This document shows positions 1 through 14,971 of a stretch of 64,000 nucleotides of DNA, in pieces. Source of the DNA: Octopus vulgaris (lineage: Eukaryota); assembly GCA_951406725.2 (NCBI GenBank), contig OX597817.1, positions 58,280,001 to 58,344,000 on the forward strand. The letters run 5' to 3'. The notes under the pieces were generated by a model. The model was not told where the DNA came from and ran no database searches. It was given only the letters and a program-made list of their open reading frames with translations. How positions within the stretch are numbered: position 1 is the first letter of the stretch; each line of letters opens with the position of its first letter. The position numbers and the translations under genes are program-made.

Positions 1-10
1 TATATGAATA

Positions 11-55
<45 letters not shown>

Positions 56-318
56 CTGTGTGTATGTGTGTGTGTGTGTGTCTGTGTCTGTGTGTTTTAT
101 TGAACACAACAGATTTCACAATCTGTTACTCAATGTTTCCCATAAAAAATCCCCAGATAAAAGTCTTCTGATGATCAGTTACATTAAACTTGGGGTAACA
201 GTTTGTGAAGTTTTTGACATTAGATAAAACACTATATTTTCTCTGGCTTTGGTATTCAAGTGTTATTTTCATTACTTTGTTTTGCACGTAAGAGTGTGTG
301 TGTGTATGTATGTATGTA

Positions 319-352
<34 letters not shown>

Positions 353-708
353 GGAAATAAGAAAGTGGAGAGAATACAAAATCGACAGACTTCAGCTTGT
401 AGACATTCCAGTGTGTCTATTTATTCCAATGTTTTCATCTAATACATTAGAATAAACAGACATACTGGAATGTTTACCAACTGATGTCTGTCGACTTTGT
501 ATCCTCTCCACTTTCCTATTTGCTGTATAAATCAAGGGTCAACCACTTTTTACCCCCACCCATATATAACACTCAATTGCAAGACTGGCACACAATGACT
601 ACCACTTGGCTATGAATAATTGGGTACATTACCAGCAGTATATTGGATAGGTACTATCCCTTAGTTGGTTTCTCAACCTTTAACTCACACAGAAAAATAT
701 ATATGTGT

Positions 709-766
<58 letters not shown>

Positions 767-1012
767 CACAGTATTGGCCAGACCGTCAGACACTGTTACA
801 TACCACTGGGCACAATCTGCTTCCAATTCTATTTTCATTGTGCCATTTTTTCTATCTTGACCCAAATTGCTTAACTAAGGTGTCTTCCCATCATCACAGA
901 GGTCTTCCAAGTGGCCTTTTCTGATCTCTTGGATACCATTTGGCAACTGCATGAATCCACCTGTTGGGATTTGGACTTTTGGTATAACATGATCTTGTCA
1001 TACACTCTGCTC

Positions 1013-1043
<31 letters not shown>

Positions 1044-1436
1044 AAAGAGAGAGAAAGAGAGAGATTATAGGTAAATGTATGCCACATTCAGTTTCTTCTA
1101 GAATTTGCAGCATCAGTTGTGTCATATTATTTCTAGGAGTAACCAAGGTTGAAATTTCCTTCACAATCAATTGGTTCCAAGTTTGATCCCATTCAAAGGC
1201 ATTTTTGGCAACTGTTCTCAGTTTGATCAATAGAACTTGCTAGAAGGAAACTTTGGAAAACTATAACATGTGTGTGTGTGTGTGTCCATTTAAAGTTGAT
1301 TGTTGGTAAAAATGTAATAAGATTAATAAGGTCTTGTGTCATAACTTGAATGAAATTCTTGTGCACCCAGAGACAAAATGCAGAGTAGCAAGAGACTGAC
1401 TCAACCCAAATTTTAAACACACACACACGCAAACAA

Positions 1437-1467
<31 letters not shown>

Positions 1468-1481
1468 TGTATGTATGTATG

Positions 1482-1515
<34 letters not shown>

Positions 1516-1673
1516 TGTATGTATGTATGTATGTATGTATACATTTATTTATATATTATAAGCTTACTGTTGTTGCAGATATGCATTTGGGTGTGTCCAT
1601 GGTTCAATTTTATTAAGTGATCAATTGATCAACTGAAAATACAAGGAACAACCCCAACAATGATATCCTCCTC

Positions 1674-1747
<74 letters not shown>

Positions 1748-1971
1748 TTAATATTTGAGGGAATAAAATCCAAAACTTACAAGGAAAAAAATTCAATTTA
1801 GAAATACTAAATCAAATTTCACACAATATAATATATATATAAAAAATTAGAAAAAAAACTCCTTTTATCAATTCAAAATGAACAATTAAATTACACCATC
1901 TAGAAAATTACATATAATAGAAATATTAACATTAAAATAACAATAAAATGTCAATGATTAAGTAAATTGCA

Positions 1972-2008
<37 letters not shown>

Positions 2009-2177
2009 GCGTATATAAATTGTATATACGTTATCATTATTATCATTATTTTTTGCAATTTACTTAATCATTGACATTTTGTTGTTATTTTAATGTTAAT
2101 ATTTCTATCATATGTAATTTTCTAGAGGGTGTAATTTAATTGTTTATTTTGAATTGATAAAAGGTGGTTTTGTTCTA

Positions 2178-2225
<48 letters not shown>

Positions 2226-3171
2226 CATATGTATATATATTTATACACACACACACACACACACACATGTATATGCACACATGCATGCCCACACAAATTA
2301 TAAGTGAGAAAAGGAAGGGATAGCATTTCTTTCTTACATTATATGGAATTTAGAAGACATGACTGTTCCCGTGAATGATAATTTTTCTTACAGATTATTT
2401 TTCATATTTTTCCTTGTAAGCTCTTTATGTTCAGTATTGAACAGTAATTACTAAGTTGTGGAGCAATGTCTGGAAATGTCCTTGGCCTTGTCTTCTGAAG
2501 TAAATGGTGACAGTAATGTGTTGTAGTGTGTGATGAAAACAAAGGCCAACATGCCAATATAGCATGCATGAAATAAATCATGAGAGTAGCCAGCAGTTAA
2601 CAATTAAGCATCTTGAAATCTGGCAATGATGATTTAATCAATTACAACATCATTCTCATGATCCTTTACTGCCTATTACAAAATGCAACAGCAACATGCC
2701 ACTGCCATCACTTCATTCAGAAGGTGAGGCCAAAAAGACCTTGATAACGTTAAGAGACTGAGTAGCATCATTGAAATAATGAAATAGATAAAATCTTTAA
2801 TAAAATAAGTTAAACACCTAAAGTCATGTTTTCAATATTACAATAATACATTGTGTGTGTGTGTACGGGGGGAAGAAGCCTGTCATAAAAGTATATATAT
2901 ATGTGTGTAGGTCATATGTTTTTGTGTCTTTGTCTTGATATTATGTGATTGATGTAAATGAGTGTCACCATCATACAATTGACCTCCTTAATTTCCAATC
3001 TTCTGTGGAAACATCCAAACATGAGGAAATAGTAACAAGTGAGGGTTGGGGACTGGAAAAGCATCCAGCTGTAGAAAAATCTGCCTCAACAAATGCCATC
3101 TGATTCATGCAAGCATGGAAAAATGGATGTGAAAATTACAGTAATGATACAGTGATGATATACACACATAA

Positions 3172-3223
<52 letters not shown>

Positions 3224-4206
3224 GTGTGTGGCTTTTGTTTATCAGTGTAAACCAGTGTATTGAGCTCCATTTCTTCATGTGTTTTGTGCATTGCTTTAAG
3301 TTCTCTAATCTAGTGCAATAAATTGTTTCCTGATGAGCCATTCTCGTTAAGCATCCAGATTGTACTTGAAACATCTAATACAGGGTTCCAAACAACCATA
3401 ATGTTTCCTGTGTATTATAATGATTCCTGTGTATTATAGATATTCCGATAGAAACTTGTCATAGACACACACACACACACACACACACACAAATATATAT
3501 ATATATATATGCTTTCGGTATGAATAGGTTTGTTATATGTCACTGTAAATAATAATAATGATATTTATACAAGCTAACGCTTATAGCGACCACCGTGCAA
3601 TGACTAAGGAAAATAGTCTAATAAAAAGGCATATAAGTCCTCGACAGAAAAAAGAAGACTTTCCTATCCAAGCCTTTCTTTTTCTGTCAAGGGCCCATTA
3701 TTAGATTATTTTCCATAGTCACCATAAGCTTTAAGCTTATATAAAAATACCATTACTATATATATATATATATGTCTGTTTATTATTCTTGAACAAAAAT
3801 ATCATTGTTAGTAACTTCAAGTGGATAAAACTCCAAGTGACCATTAGCAGGATTTGATATCAGAAAATAAACAAGCAAAACTGAATACTATTAAGCTTTT
3901 TGCATTGTTAATCTCTCGTTTTTGTTAACTCCCAGCCTTGGTCCAGACTGAAAGGATTCAGAATACAAACAGAATGTTTATAATGAATATAATAAATCTA
4001 TGGCAGGTGGATGAGAGAATTAGTTGAGCCTGGTTGGAAAATATGCTGTGTGATGTTTAATTATGTCCCTTTGTATTCTAATTTCAAATCTCTCCTTGCA
4101 AGAGAGAGGCGTTTGGCACCACAATTTTTCCTACTGAGGTTCATAAAATAAATTAGTGCCATTGAATAATATCAAAACCCACCAGAGTATTATCATAATT
4201 ATTATT

Positions 4207-4425
4207 AAGGTGGTAATCTGGCTGAATTGTTAGCATGCCGGGCAAAATGCTTAGCATTATTTCATCTGTCTTTATGTTCTGAGTCCAAATTCCGCTGGGG
4301 TTGACTTTGCCTTTCATCCTTTCAGGGTCGATAAATTAAGTACCAGTGAAAAACTGGGTCGATGTAATTGACTAGTCCCATCCCACAAACTTCAAAACTT
4401 GTGCCTATAATAGAAAGGATTGTTT
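4207..4425 (+). mobile_element. SINE family B with (ATT)n tail
   Basis: AAGG..GAGCTGGCAGAAT head, GAGTTCAAATTCC B-box-like motif and TTTGCCTTTCATCCTTTC core. Confidence 0.78.
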
Positions 4426-4446
4426 CTATTATTATTATTATTATTA

Positions 4447-5578
4447 TAGACATCGCACAGTATACAATATCGTGAGGTTGTTGATTGAAGATATTGTGTC
4501 TACCGGGGGTTTGTACTGTTTGTCAAGTTGCAACAAGGACCTTAGACAGACAGTACTTTAACCAATATCCGTGCAGTTCCAAGTAATGTGCACTTTTGCA
4601 AGACATCTAGATTGTATTTCTAAGGTTTCCACTTGTTTTTTTCAGATTGGATGATATTGAACCCAATGCTTCGATGACAATAGGGATAACCTTTATTAGC
4701 GATCTCAATTCTCAAGTCTCCATATTTATCAACCTTTTCTCTTTCTTTCATGATGATATGTTGATCTCCTGGCACTGCTAAGTCAATTATTAGAGTTAGG
4801 GTTAGTCCCTCCAAAAGGTTACTATATCCGGCCTTCGGTACTCTAATACCTTGTCAGTCTAGAAGTCAAAGTCCCAGAAGATTTTTGCTTTTCTCTTTTC
4901 ATCCATTACCTTTTCTGGTGTATATTGGTACCAAGCACCCATAACCTCATATCCACACTTATGGTATAGTAGCCAGTGGAGGTTTTGGGCTACCTTGTCA
5001 TGTCTGCACTTGTACTCTTTCTGCACAAGACTTTCACAAGCACCAACAATGTGAGTCATGCTTTCAACCCCCTTCCCACACATTCTGCAGAGGTTCGATG
5101 CACTTGAGTGATATATATTTTTTTTCACTGAGTTGGTATTCAATGCCTGGTCTTGGGCAATGGTGATTAGGCTTTCAGTATTCTCTTTTAGGTTACCCTT
5201 GTTGTGCCACCTCCATGATGTATCTTGGTCTTTTAATTTGTTGGTTTCACGGTGGAACTGACCATGTAATTCCATATGGAGTAGCATTTCTTCTCTCTTG
5301 TTGGCTGTTCTTGATCAGAATTCATGAGCATTCTCATGTCCATTTTTGTTAACTCCTTCTGCACTAGCAGCATACTATAGCAAGTCTTCTTTGCAGTTTA
5401 CCAAATACTCTGCCATGTTTCTTCTTTCACTGTTGATGCACTCCCATATGCTAATCATGTCCACCTTTACCTCTCTTCATGTAGAGCCTGTGTACATTTG
5501 TCCCTACAGTTTACTCTTTTCCCCTGCTTCAAAGTAAGCACTGCACACTTCGAGATACTGAATTCCATCCCTCTATCC
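4447..5578 (-). mobile_element. R4/Dong-clade non-LTR retrotransposon, decayed 3' part
   Basis: ORFs 4859-5287 and 4620-4814 encode AQDQAL, CRMC..E...HIV.AC, RHDKVA, WDF and IIDLAVP..K..KY (zinc finger plus restriction-like endonuclease); flanked by (TTA)n, the known Dong target. Confidence 0.85.
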
Positions 5579-5596
5579 TTATTATTATTATTATTA

Positions 5597-5634
<38 letters not shown>

Positions 5635-5636
<2 letters not shown>

Positions 5637-5846
5637 GGCAATGAGCTGGTAGAATCATTAGCATGCAGATGAAAAGTTTAGTGGTATTTCGCTGCCATTA
5701 CATTCTGAGTTCAAATTCCACCAAGGTTGATGTTGCCTTTCATCCTTTTGGGGTCAATAAATTAAGTATCAGTGAAACACTGGAGATGATGTAATTGACT
5801 ACTTCATTCCCCACAAATTTGAGGCCTTGTGCCTCCAGTAGAAAGG

Positions 5847-5887
<41 letters not shown>

Positions 5888-6105
5888 GAAGGCGACGAGC
5901 TGGCAGAATTGTTAGCACGCTGGGCAAAATGCTTAACAGTATTTCATCTGCTGTTAGGTTCTGAGTTCAAATTCTACTGAGGTTGACTTTGCCTTTCATC
6001 CTTTCAGAGTCAATTAAATAAGTACCAGCTACACATTGGGGTTTATGTAATCACCTTAATCTCCTCCCCCAAGCTGCCCTTATGGCAAAAATTTGAAATC
6101 ATTAT
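5635..6105 (+). mobile_element. Two tandem SINE family B copies
   Basis: 5635-5850 and 5889-6105 separated by (TTA)n; other copies at 16523-16735, 23810-24130(-) and 24690-24820. Confidence 0.78.
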
Positions 6106-8032
6106 TATTACTATTATTTAAGTCCTCTTCACATATGATATTCTGTGATTCTTCCAGCTCTTTGGTCCTCCACACATTTCTTAGTTCTCTCGTAGTTTCT
6201 GCATTTCCATATTTCTTCAGTACATCCACATATGTTGGTCTGGGACACCTTTTCCTCTGACATCCATGTCTTCATGCCTTGACTCACCTACTCCAGCTTG
6301 GCCATATTCTAATTTTTGAAACCAGTATTTAAATTAAATAAATCAATTTTTAATCATTAATCTTGGAATGTCTGTCTATTTTTGGTTCTCATCTTTCCTA
6401 AAATAACTACTATTTTAACATAATTTGATTTCTAATAAGATAGTTTTATGGTTCACTGCCAAGACTTAAATTATAAATAATCATCATTGAATTCTTTTAA
6501 TTCAATTCTTGTCAAAATACACCTCTGCTTGCATATTAATAAGCTGTATTAAATAAAGGCTGTTGTTGATGTTGTTGTTATAGGTGCTACTTGACCCTCG
6601 ATTAACCTTTACTGAGGACACATGTTTGTAGATTGAACAAAAAGTTAGAGTTTGAAAGAATGTCAAAACCTTGAGGTTTCTGTTTTGCCTCTGCATTCTG
6701 ATGACCAGAAGTTCATGGTTTCAATTCTCAAACCAAACAGTATGTTGCATTCTTAAACAAGACACTCCATTTTGCATTGCTCCAGTCCTCTCAACAGAAA
6801 ATAATTAGCAGCAGCAGCTGGGGGAAGGGAAGGGTCAGCCCTATAATGGACTGGCATCCCATTCATGTGAGGAGAGGGAAAGGGCTGAATATTGTAAACT
6901 GTCACTTGCTGATACACCATGGAAATGGAGCTTGGTTTTAGCCTAATGAACCTCTAGGCTCATGACAGACTTATTCACCTGCTTTTACCTGTGTGACTGT
7001 ATTGGTTCTATGCTCTATTCAGAGAATAATTTAAGAACCAAAGATATTGGTAACTTTAGTCAATCAAAATGGATCCTGGATAAGTCTCAGAAGAATACTA
7101 AATATATTCTGAATATCTTTTGACCTCTTCTGAGAAACTCAAATAGTTGGAAAATTGTCATGGAATTTCACTGCCAATTACTTTGACTATTATGCCAGTC
7201 AAACTATTGCTAACACCCAAGACTAATACTTGTGGGGAAGGCATCATTGTCATTACTTCTTACTTTCTCTACTGCTATAAATCTGAGTTGCATAAGCTGT
7301 AAATTTATAAGTACACCATTGAAGATTTCCTGTTTGTTGTTAACCCTCAGACAGCTGAGCATTTTGCTCAGCATGTTAACGATTCTGTCAGCTCATTGCC
7401 TTAGCAATGAAACTAATATTAAATCACTGCTTTGATCTTAAAGATTAAATCATTTTTATACGGGATCCTTGAGACTTTGTCAGTGGGCAGTTTCTAATTT
7501 GAATGCTGGGAGTGTATTTTACACACATCTGCTTTGCATGATCACTCATCCTACCAGAAATAGCAGTTAAACATCTCTCAAATTTCACCTATGTTCTTAA
7601 AAAGAAGTAAAGACACATTAGATCATGTTGTGGTATGAAACAGTGGGTTGCTCTGCCAAACCTTAGCAATTAATAGTAACTGATAGCAATGCATCTTTGC
7701 CTGTAAATCCTGTAGACGCATTCTCACTAGAATTTCCTTGCCAATTTTCCCAGCTCTGGGTAATAATTAAATAATTGTTCTCTGTTCGCTGTATTTCTTC
7801 CGGCTGTCTTTGAGAGATGACAGAGCAATATTTACAAAGAGGAAGTCAATCTTTCCTACTTTGTAATTTTCAAAGAGTGAAAGTTTTGTTCTGATATCTC
7901 TCTATGTTTGTGTCTGTCCCCTCACCACCACCACTTGACAACCAGCGCTGGTTTGTTTACCTCCCCCTGTAACTTACAGGTTAAGCAAAGGGATTAACAG
8001 AATAAATACAAGACTTTAGAAAATAAAGAAAA

Positions 8033-8525
<493 letters not shown>

Positions 8526-9611
8526 ATTATTTTATAATTTTGTTGAACCAAAGAGCAAAAATGAAAATAGGACTGCTTCTGAAAGTGCTCAGGTAGTAAC
8601 ACTGAGACAAAAAGAGAAATAAATTGAAAGGTATAAGGAATAAAAATTCCAATTAGTCAAAATAACTTTGTATCATTCCCAAATTATCAAAAATTGAATA
8701 TAAATATATATTAAAATAATAGGGCACCCAAGGGTGAAGCCCAGTAGTATAAAATATACACATTACAGGAATAAAAGGTGATAAATCCTGAAAGGGTAAG
8801 ACGAGTAAAGTTGAATGAAGAAAAATGTATGGAATAAATTCATGCATAACAAAGGCAACTAAAATTTAAGAGAATGGGACTAAAATAATATAAATATAAA
8901 AATAAAGGGCAAAATATATATATATATATATATATAATACACATACACACACAGACATATATATGTATGTAAATATACATCCATATACATATATGTATAC
9001 ACACACATATATACATACATCATCATAATCATTTAACGTCCGTTTTCCAGGCTGGCATGGGTTGGACGGTTTGACTGGGGTCTGGAAAGCCATGAGGCTG
9101 CACTAGGTTCCAATCTGATCTGGCAATGTTTCTACAGCTGGATGCCCTTCCTAATGCCAACAACTCCGAGAGTGTAGTAGGTGCTTTTTTTTTACATGCC
9201 ATCAGCACAGGGGCCAGAAGGGGGCTGGCATTGACCACTATCAGATGGTGCTTTTTACATGCCACCGGCACGGGATACATATATACATGTATATATACAC
9301 AGACACACACATAAATATACAATATATATTTTATAAATGTTATATATATCTATATAAGGCATTATATGAATGACAATGAAATAAGAAATTATGTTCTGAA
9401 CCTTCTTTAGCTTACAGCTGTTTCTGCTACAAGCTGCAATGCACTGATAGTCGAGTGCTTGTGCATAACCTCTTCTTGTTTCCACATCATTTATATAATC
9501 TCTTACAAGACACTGTCCTAGACTAATACACTTACATGAAGCATATGTATATTGACACCAGGTTCATTAGAAGAGATATGCCTAAGGAAGTAAAATATTT
9601 ATTTAAATATA

Positions 9612-9773
9612 GGAGCAGGAGTGACTGTGTGGTAAGCAGCCTGCTTACCAACCACATCGTTTTGGGTTCAGTCCCACTGTGTGGCACCTTGGGCAAGCAT
9701 CTTCTACTATAGCCTTGGGTCGACCAAAGCCTTGTGAGTGGATTTGGTAGACGGAAACTGAAACAAGCCTGTC

Positions 9774-9817
<44 letters not shown>

Positions 9818-10045
9818 TTATATGTGCTTGTGTGTATGTTTGTGTGTCTGTGTCTGTCACCCCACCACTGCTTGACAATCAATGCTGGTGTGTTTACATC
9901 CCCATAACTTAGTGGTTTGGCAAAAAAGGCTGATAGAATAAGTACTAGACTTACAAATAATAAGTCCAAGGGTCAATTTGTTCAACTAAAGGTGGTGCTC
10001 CAGCATGGCCACAGTCAAATGACTGAAGTAAGTAAAAGATAGAAA
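9612..10045 (+). mobile_element. SINE family A
   Basis: Full-length homologue of 27217-27628. Confidence 0.85.
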
Positions 10046-10099
10046 GAAATATAAATAGATAGGTATATACATTTACATATACAATTTATATACCTATAC

Positions 10100-10184
<85 letters not shown>

Positions 10185-10737
10185 CACAAGGGTAAGTCAA
10201 AAAGTAATGCCATTTTGTTTAGGACAGGTATAATTACCAGCACAGAAGCATGTATCATGCATCAAAATTATGCTGGTCCTCTGTGGATCACATCCCTACT
10301 TCTCAACATAGTCACCGTTTCACTCAATAGCAATGTTTCACCTTCGAATGAGAGCATGTATCCCTGCCCCATAAAATTCTGTTGACTGTTCTTTGAGCCA
10401 CTTCTTCACTACAGTTTTCACTTCCTCATCACTGGAATAATGTTTATCTCTCAAACCCTCTTTCATGGGGCTGAAGAGATGATAGTCCAGTGATGAGGAA
10501 GTGAAAACTGTAGCGAAGAAGTGGCTCAAAGAACAGTCAACAGAATTTTATAGGGCAGGGATACATGCTCTCATTCGAAGGTGGAACATTGCTATTGAGA
10601 GAAATGGTGACTATGTTGAGAAGTAGGGATGGGATCCACAAAGGACCAGCTTCATTTTGATGTATGATTCATGTTCCTGTGTTGGTAATTATACCTGTCC
10701 TAAACAAAATGGCTTTACTTTTTGACTCACCCTCGTA
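10185..10737. mobile_element. Mariner-derived palindromic MITE made of two inverted 3' ends
   Basis: ~250-bp arms each encoding the mariner transposase C-terminus (DEEVKTVVKKWLKEQSTEFY..GIHALIRRW); TIR TACGAGGGTGAGTCAAAAAGTAA-like; TA flanks. Confidence 0.88.
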
Positions 10738-11220
10738 TATATTGTGCTTGTGTGTTTACATATATGCTTATATCCATTAATTCAAAACTCTACCTTTATT
10801 TCGTGGGTACCCTAAGCTTTCTGTTTCTATCATATTCCTTGTGCACCAGAAAACTACCTATTTCATGGGAGGTGGGGCTTTTGCTACTGTTCCTACAGCC
10901 AAATACATGTATATGTATACACGCGTGCACACACACACACGCATGCACATGCATAGTTACCTACATATAAATGTTCTGGTTCTGACATCCACTTTTCCAA
11001 GCTTGCATGGATCAGATGGATTTTGTTGAGGCAGATTTTCTATGGGTGGATGCCTTTCCTGTTCATAACCCTCACCTATTTCCTAACAAGGCAATACTTC
11101 TCCATGGCCAGACATACAGGAAAGACAGAGAGCAACTGACATCACTTTCTATGGTGACATTCATGTACACTTGTCATGCAGTAATATCAAGACACACATG
11201 AACACACGCATGCATGTGTT

Positions 11221-11265
<45 letters not shown>

Positions 11266-12771
11266 GATGAGTTTCTAATAGTTTCTGTGTATGAAATCCC
11301 TTTACAAGGATTTAGGGCTGCGGCAAAAGTAGAAGACACTTGCCCAAGGTGTCATGCTGTGGAATTGGACACTGATTCCTGTGTTTAGGAAGCATGTTTC
11401 TTACTCTGTGTGTGTGTTTGGTTAAGAATGTTATTGTGTAGCACTTTGAGGAAATGTTTACTAGTATAGCACCAGGCTGACTAAAGTGTTGTGAGTAGAA
11501 TTGGTAGACAGAAGCTGAAAGAAGCATGCATTGTGTGTGTGTGTGTGTGCATATTTATATATATTAATTGAAGTGTGCAGAATTATGTATCCATTATGGC
11601 CAATCCTTCCAATCAGTTTCGCACTGGGGTTCAACAGGATGTTAGATAACAGCCCAATTATGTAATCCCACACTCTTCAGAGAAAGCAGTTATGGAAGAA
11701 ACTATGGTGACTGCTCTCTATTGTTGGAAACAGTATGTGTATATGTATGTATCTATGTGTGCGTGTGTGTGTACATATATTTGTATGTGTACACACACAC
11801 ACACACACACAGATTGACAGACAGATATATTCTTATGTTCATGTATTGTGTACAATGTATATTTTTGATTGTGCATGCATTATTTTTGCCTTTATATTTA
11901 CTTACATATGCACACACACACATGTGCATGCACACACACACACACATACGTACATGAGTAGAATGTTTACGTGTGTATGCACACACACATACATATTTTT
12001 ATATTTATTTTTGCCAGTTGAATTCAAAACTCTTTACAACTAATCCACCCTGGTTATACAACAATGACCCAATCATTATGACAGCTATATCTTCTTTTAC
12101 TGTTTTACTACAGTATCAGCCATATTTTAGTAATAAAAACCGTTTTTTCTTTTACTCCTTAATCTATATTTTTCCAGAATATACCATCCATGCCTTTTCT
12201 ATTTCTCCACAATGGTTTTTTTTTTGCTTACTACATTTTTGTTATTCGTACATCTATTTTGCAATCAATTATTGTACAAGAACTTTTTACAGGTCAGCAG
12301 GTCAGGAATTAGACCAATCAAAGCCATTATTACTGCTCCATTATCTGGGATGGAGCTGATACTGGACACAGAGACATCTTAGACTGTTTGTCACTTCAAC
12401 TGTAGCTTCTGCTGGTTGGTCTTGTGTTCTCTCTAACTAATCCCCATCTAACTTGCTAGATTTTTCATTTCTCATCATCCATATCATATCCTACCCGCAG
12501 TCCCTGTAGCCACTATGCCATTCCTTCTTCTTGAATATTATCCCTCTGGATTTCTCTCCCTGGTCATATTTTTTCCAGCAGTCATTGATTTATATCTGTT
12601 CAAGACAAAAAAAAAACTTCTCAAACACGTCAATCTCGTTGGTCTGGAGTGCAGGAGGAACCTGCAAATGTTTAGGTACAGCCCCTCACCTTCAGACCAA
12701 ACCATTAAATGCTGTTATATTCAATGGTACAAGAATTCATGTAGAATGGTGCAGAAGAAAGACACAAGCAT

Positions 12772-13985
12772 TTACAATAGTTGTAACACAGCTGTAACAT
12801 TGATGTAACGCAGTTGTATCATTGATGTAAAACTGACACAACACAGTTGTGGCAATAATATAACATTGATCCAACATATTTGTAACATTGATGTAACAGT
12901 TGTAACATTACTGTAATTCAGTCATAATCTTGATGTAACATTACTATAACACAGTTGTAACGCAATCCTTAACACCAGTGTGACACGTCAATAAAGCTAT
13001 CATCACCATACAGTTGTGATATAGGGTAACACAACTGTAATTTAGTTGTTACACCATCATAACACCCCTGTAACACATTATGTGACACTGTTATTATGGT
13101 GGTGACATAATACATTGTAACACTGATATACCACTGCAATATTTCAGTTGGAACTGAATACTGTAACAAAACTGTAACAAAACTGTAACATTTATACAGC
13201 TCATTCAATAAACACTTGTAACACTACTTGAGCACATATAATATAAATGTAACAGTTTTAAAATTACTGTAACACATTTGTAACACTACGGTTCCGCATC
13301 AAGTATCTTTAATTCTGCTTCAAATACTTTTTAAAAAATTGTTATATTTGTAACATAACTGTAGTTGAATTGAAAAAAAAATTGCTATCACGTCAATGAA
13401 ACAATTGTAAAACTATTATTATTATAATGTTACAATTATATCAACTGTAACAAAATTCTAGATGGAGTAACATATTGTAACACATTTATAAATCTACTGT
13501 AACATTACTCAAACATTGCTGTAACGAAACTGTAATAATACTGCTACATAATGTGACACAGTTTTTAAAAAAATCACTGAAATATAGTAACACTGCATCA
13601 ACTATACTGTAACACAGTTTACTGTAACACACTGTAACATTGCTTCAACATAGTAACAATAATGTAACGGTCGTCATCACAATTCTTCTGTACCTCAGTT
13701 GTAACAATGCCACAATGCTACTGTAACACACTTTAATAATAATGTTACAATGTAACAATGATATATTGCTATTCAATAATAATGTAACATGGTTTAATAC
13801 AGCTGTTACAATTTTGTAACACAGACTAATAAGATTGTTACAATTTGTAACACTATTCAATAAATCTGTTACAATTTTGTAACACTTTAAGAAGACTGTA
13901 ACTCTTACAGTATATCAATACTGTAACAATAATGTTGTAATACAATTATATGACTACTGTGTCACACTGGTGTAACACAGCAGTT
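12772..13985 (+). repeat. Degenerate TGTAAC(A)-core minisatellite array (~1.2 kb)
   Basis: Dozens of TGTAAC/TGTAAT cores at short spacing with variable linkers; some inverted GTTACA units after ~13740. Confidence 0.75.
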
Positions 13986-14116
13986 ATTGTGTCCACCTTT
14001 ACAAGAAAAAACTTATATAAACATTTATCATCAATCTCTCTTGACTTGTTTTTATTTATTCTTTCACATTCATTCATTTGTTGTTGTTGTATCTATTGAC
14101 ATTCATGTTGTTTGTT

Positions 14117-14512
14117 TGTTGAGCGAAGCAGTCTTCATCCCAGTGAGAGAAGTTGAGCGAAGCGGTCTTCGTCCCAGTGAGAGAAGTCCGAAATGTGGTC
14201 CTTTGCTATTCGTAAGACCCGCAGAAGAGAAAGCAGGTCAACCCCCGACATTAAGAGCATCGACGGATGGATGAATGCGCATCTAGGCTCAGCGGTTGCA
14301 TAGGAAGTCAGGAACAAGAAACAGGAAGAAAGAATGACAGAAAGTTGGAGCAAAAGAGTACAACAGGGGTCGCCACCACCCCCTCCCGGAGGCTCATGGA
14401 GCTTTAGGTGTTTTCGCTCAATAAACACACACAACGCTCGGTCTGGGAATCGAAACTGCGATCCTCCGACCGTGAGTCCGCTGCCCTAACCACTGGGCCA
14501 TTGCGCCTCCAC
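14117..14512 (-). mobile_element. tRNA-derived SINE family C
   Basis: Minus-strand head GGAGGCGCAATGGCCCAGTGGTTAGGGC...GTTTCGATTCCC (A/B boxes); 34-bp tandem duplication at the tail; head fragment at 19147-19223. Confidence 0.75.
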
Positions 14513-14933
14513 TTGCTGGTGTTGTTTCTAAGAGAGGTGAAGGTAGTAGTAGTGGTGGTGTTTGACCCTGAGTAAGCAGACTTATAATCAAAGACATTCC
14601 AGTCATGGCCTTACATTCTTTGTTTAAATCAAGCTATCTTTTTATTCTTGTAATTTGAGTGAAAATTGGCTATTATTTCTAGCAGCTTAGAGGATCACAT
14701 ACAGGCACCTTTGTGTTAAGCACAGAAGTAGGAGAGTTGATGAAAGGTTGAAGTGAAATTGAGGTGCTGGTGTTTTAGCAATGTTTTATATATGTATATA
14801 TACATAAAGGTGATATATTGTGACAATAATTCACTAGCAAGAAGCAAGAACAACAGATGCGCATAAGTACAAATTGTATCATAATCTAAATGGAACATGG
14901 TGGTGGTGGTGGTGGTGGTGGTGGTGGTGGAGG

Positions 14934-14971
<38 letters not shown>

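Noticed and set aside
1170-1290. Direct repeat with 19485-19600
   Set aside because: Most likely degraded SINE-head copies; too short to support a segmental duplication.
3326-3375. CTGATGA...GAAAC hammerhead-like words (also near 33505 and 45405, minus strand)
   Set aside because: Could not build stems I-III around the cores.
5635-5850. SINE-B as the tail-sharing partner of Dong
   Set aside because: No 3'-end similarity seen, and the tails have opposite polarity (ATT vs TAA).
14430-14510. tRNA-like sequence on the minus strand
   Set aside because: No closing acceptor stem; continues into a SINE body.
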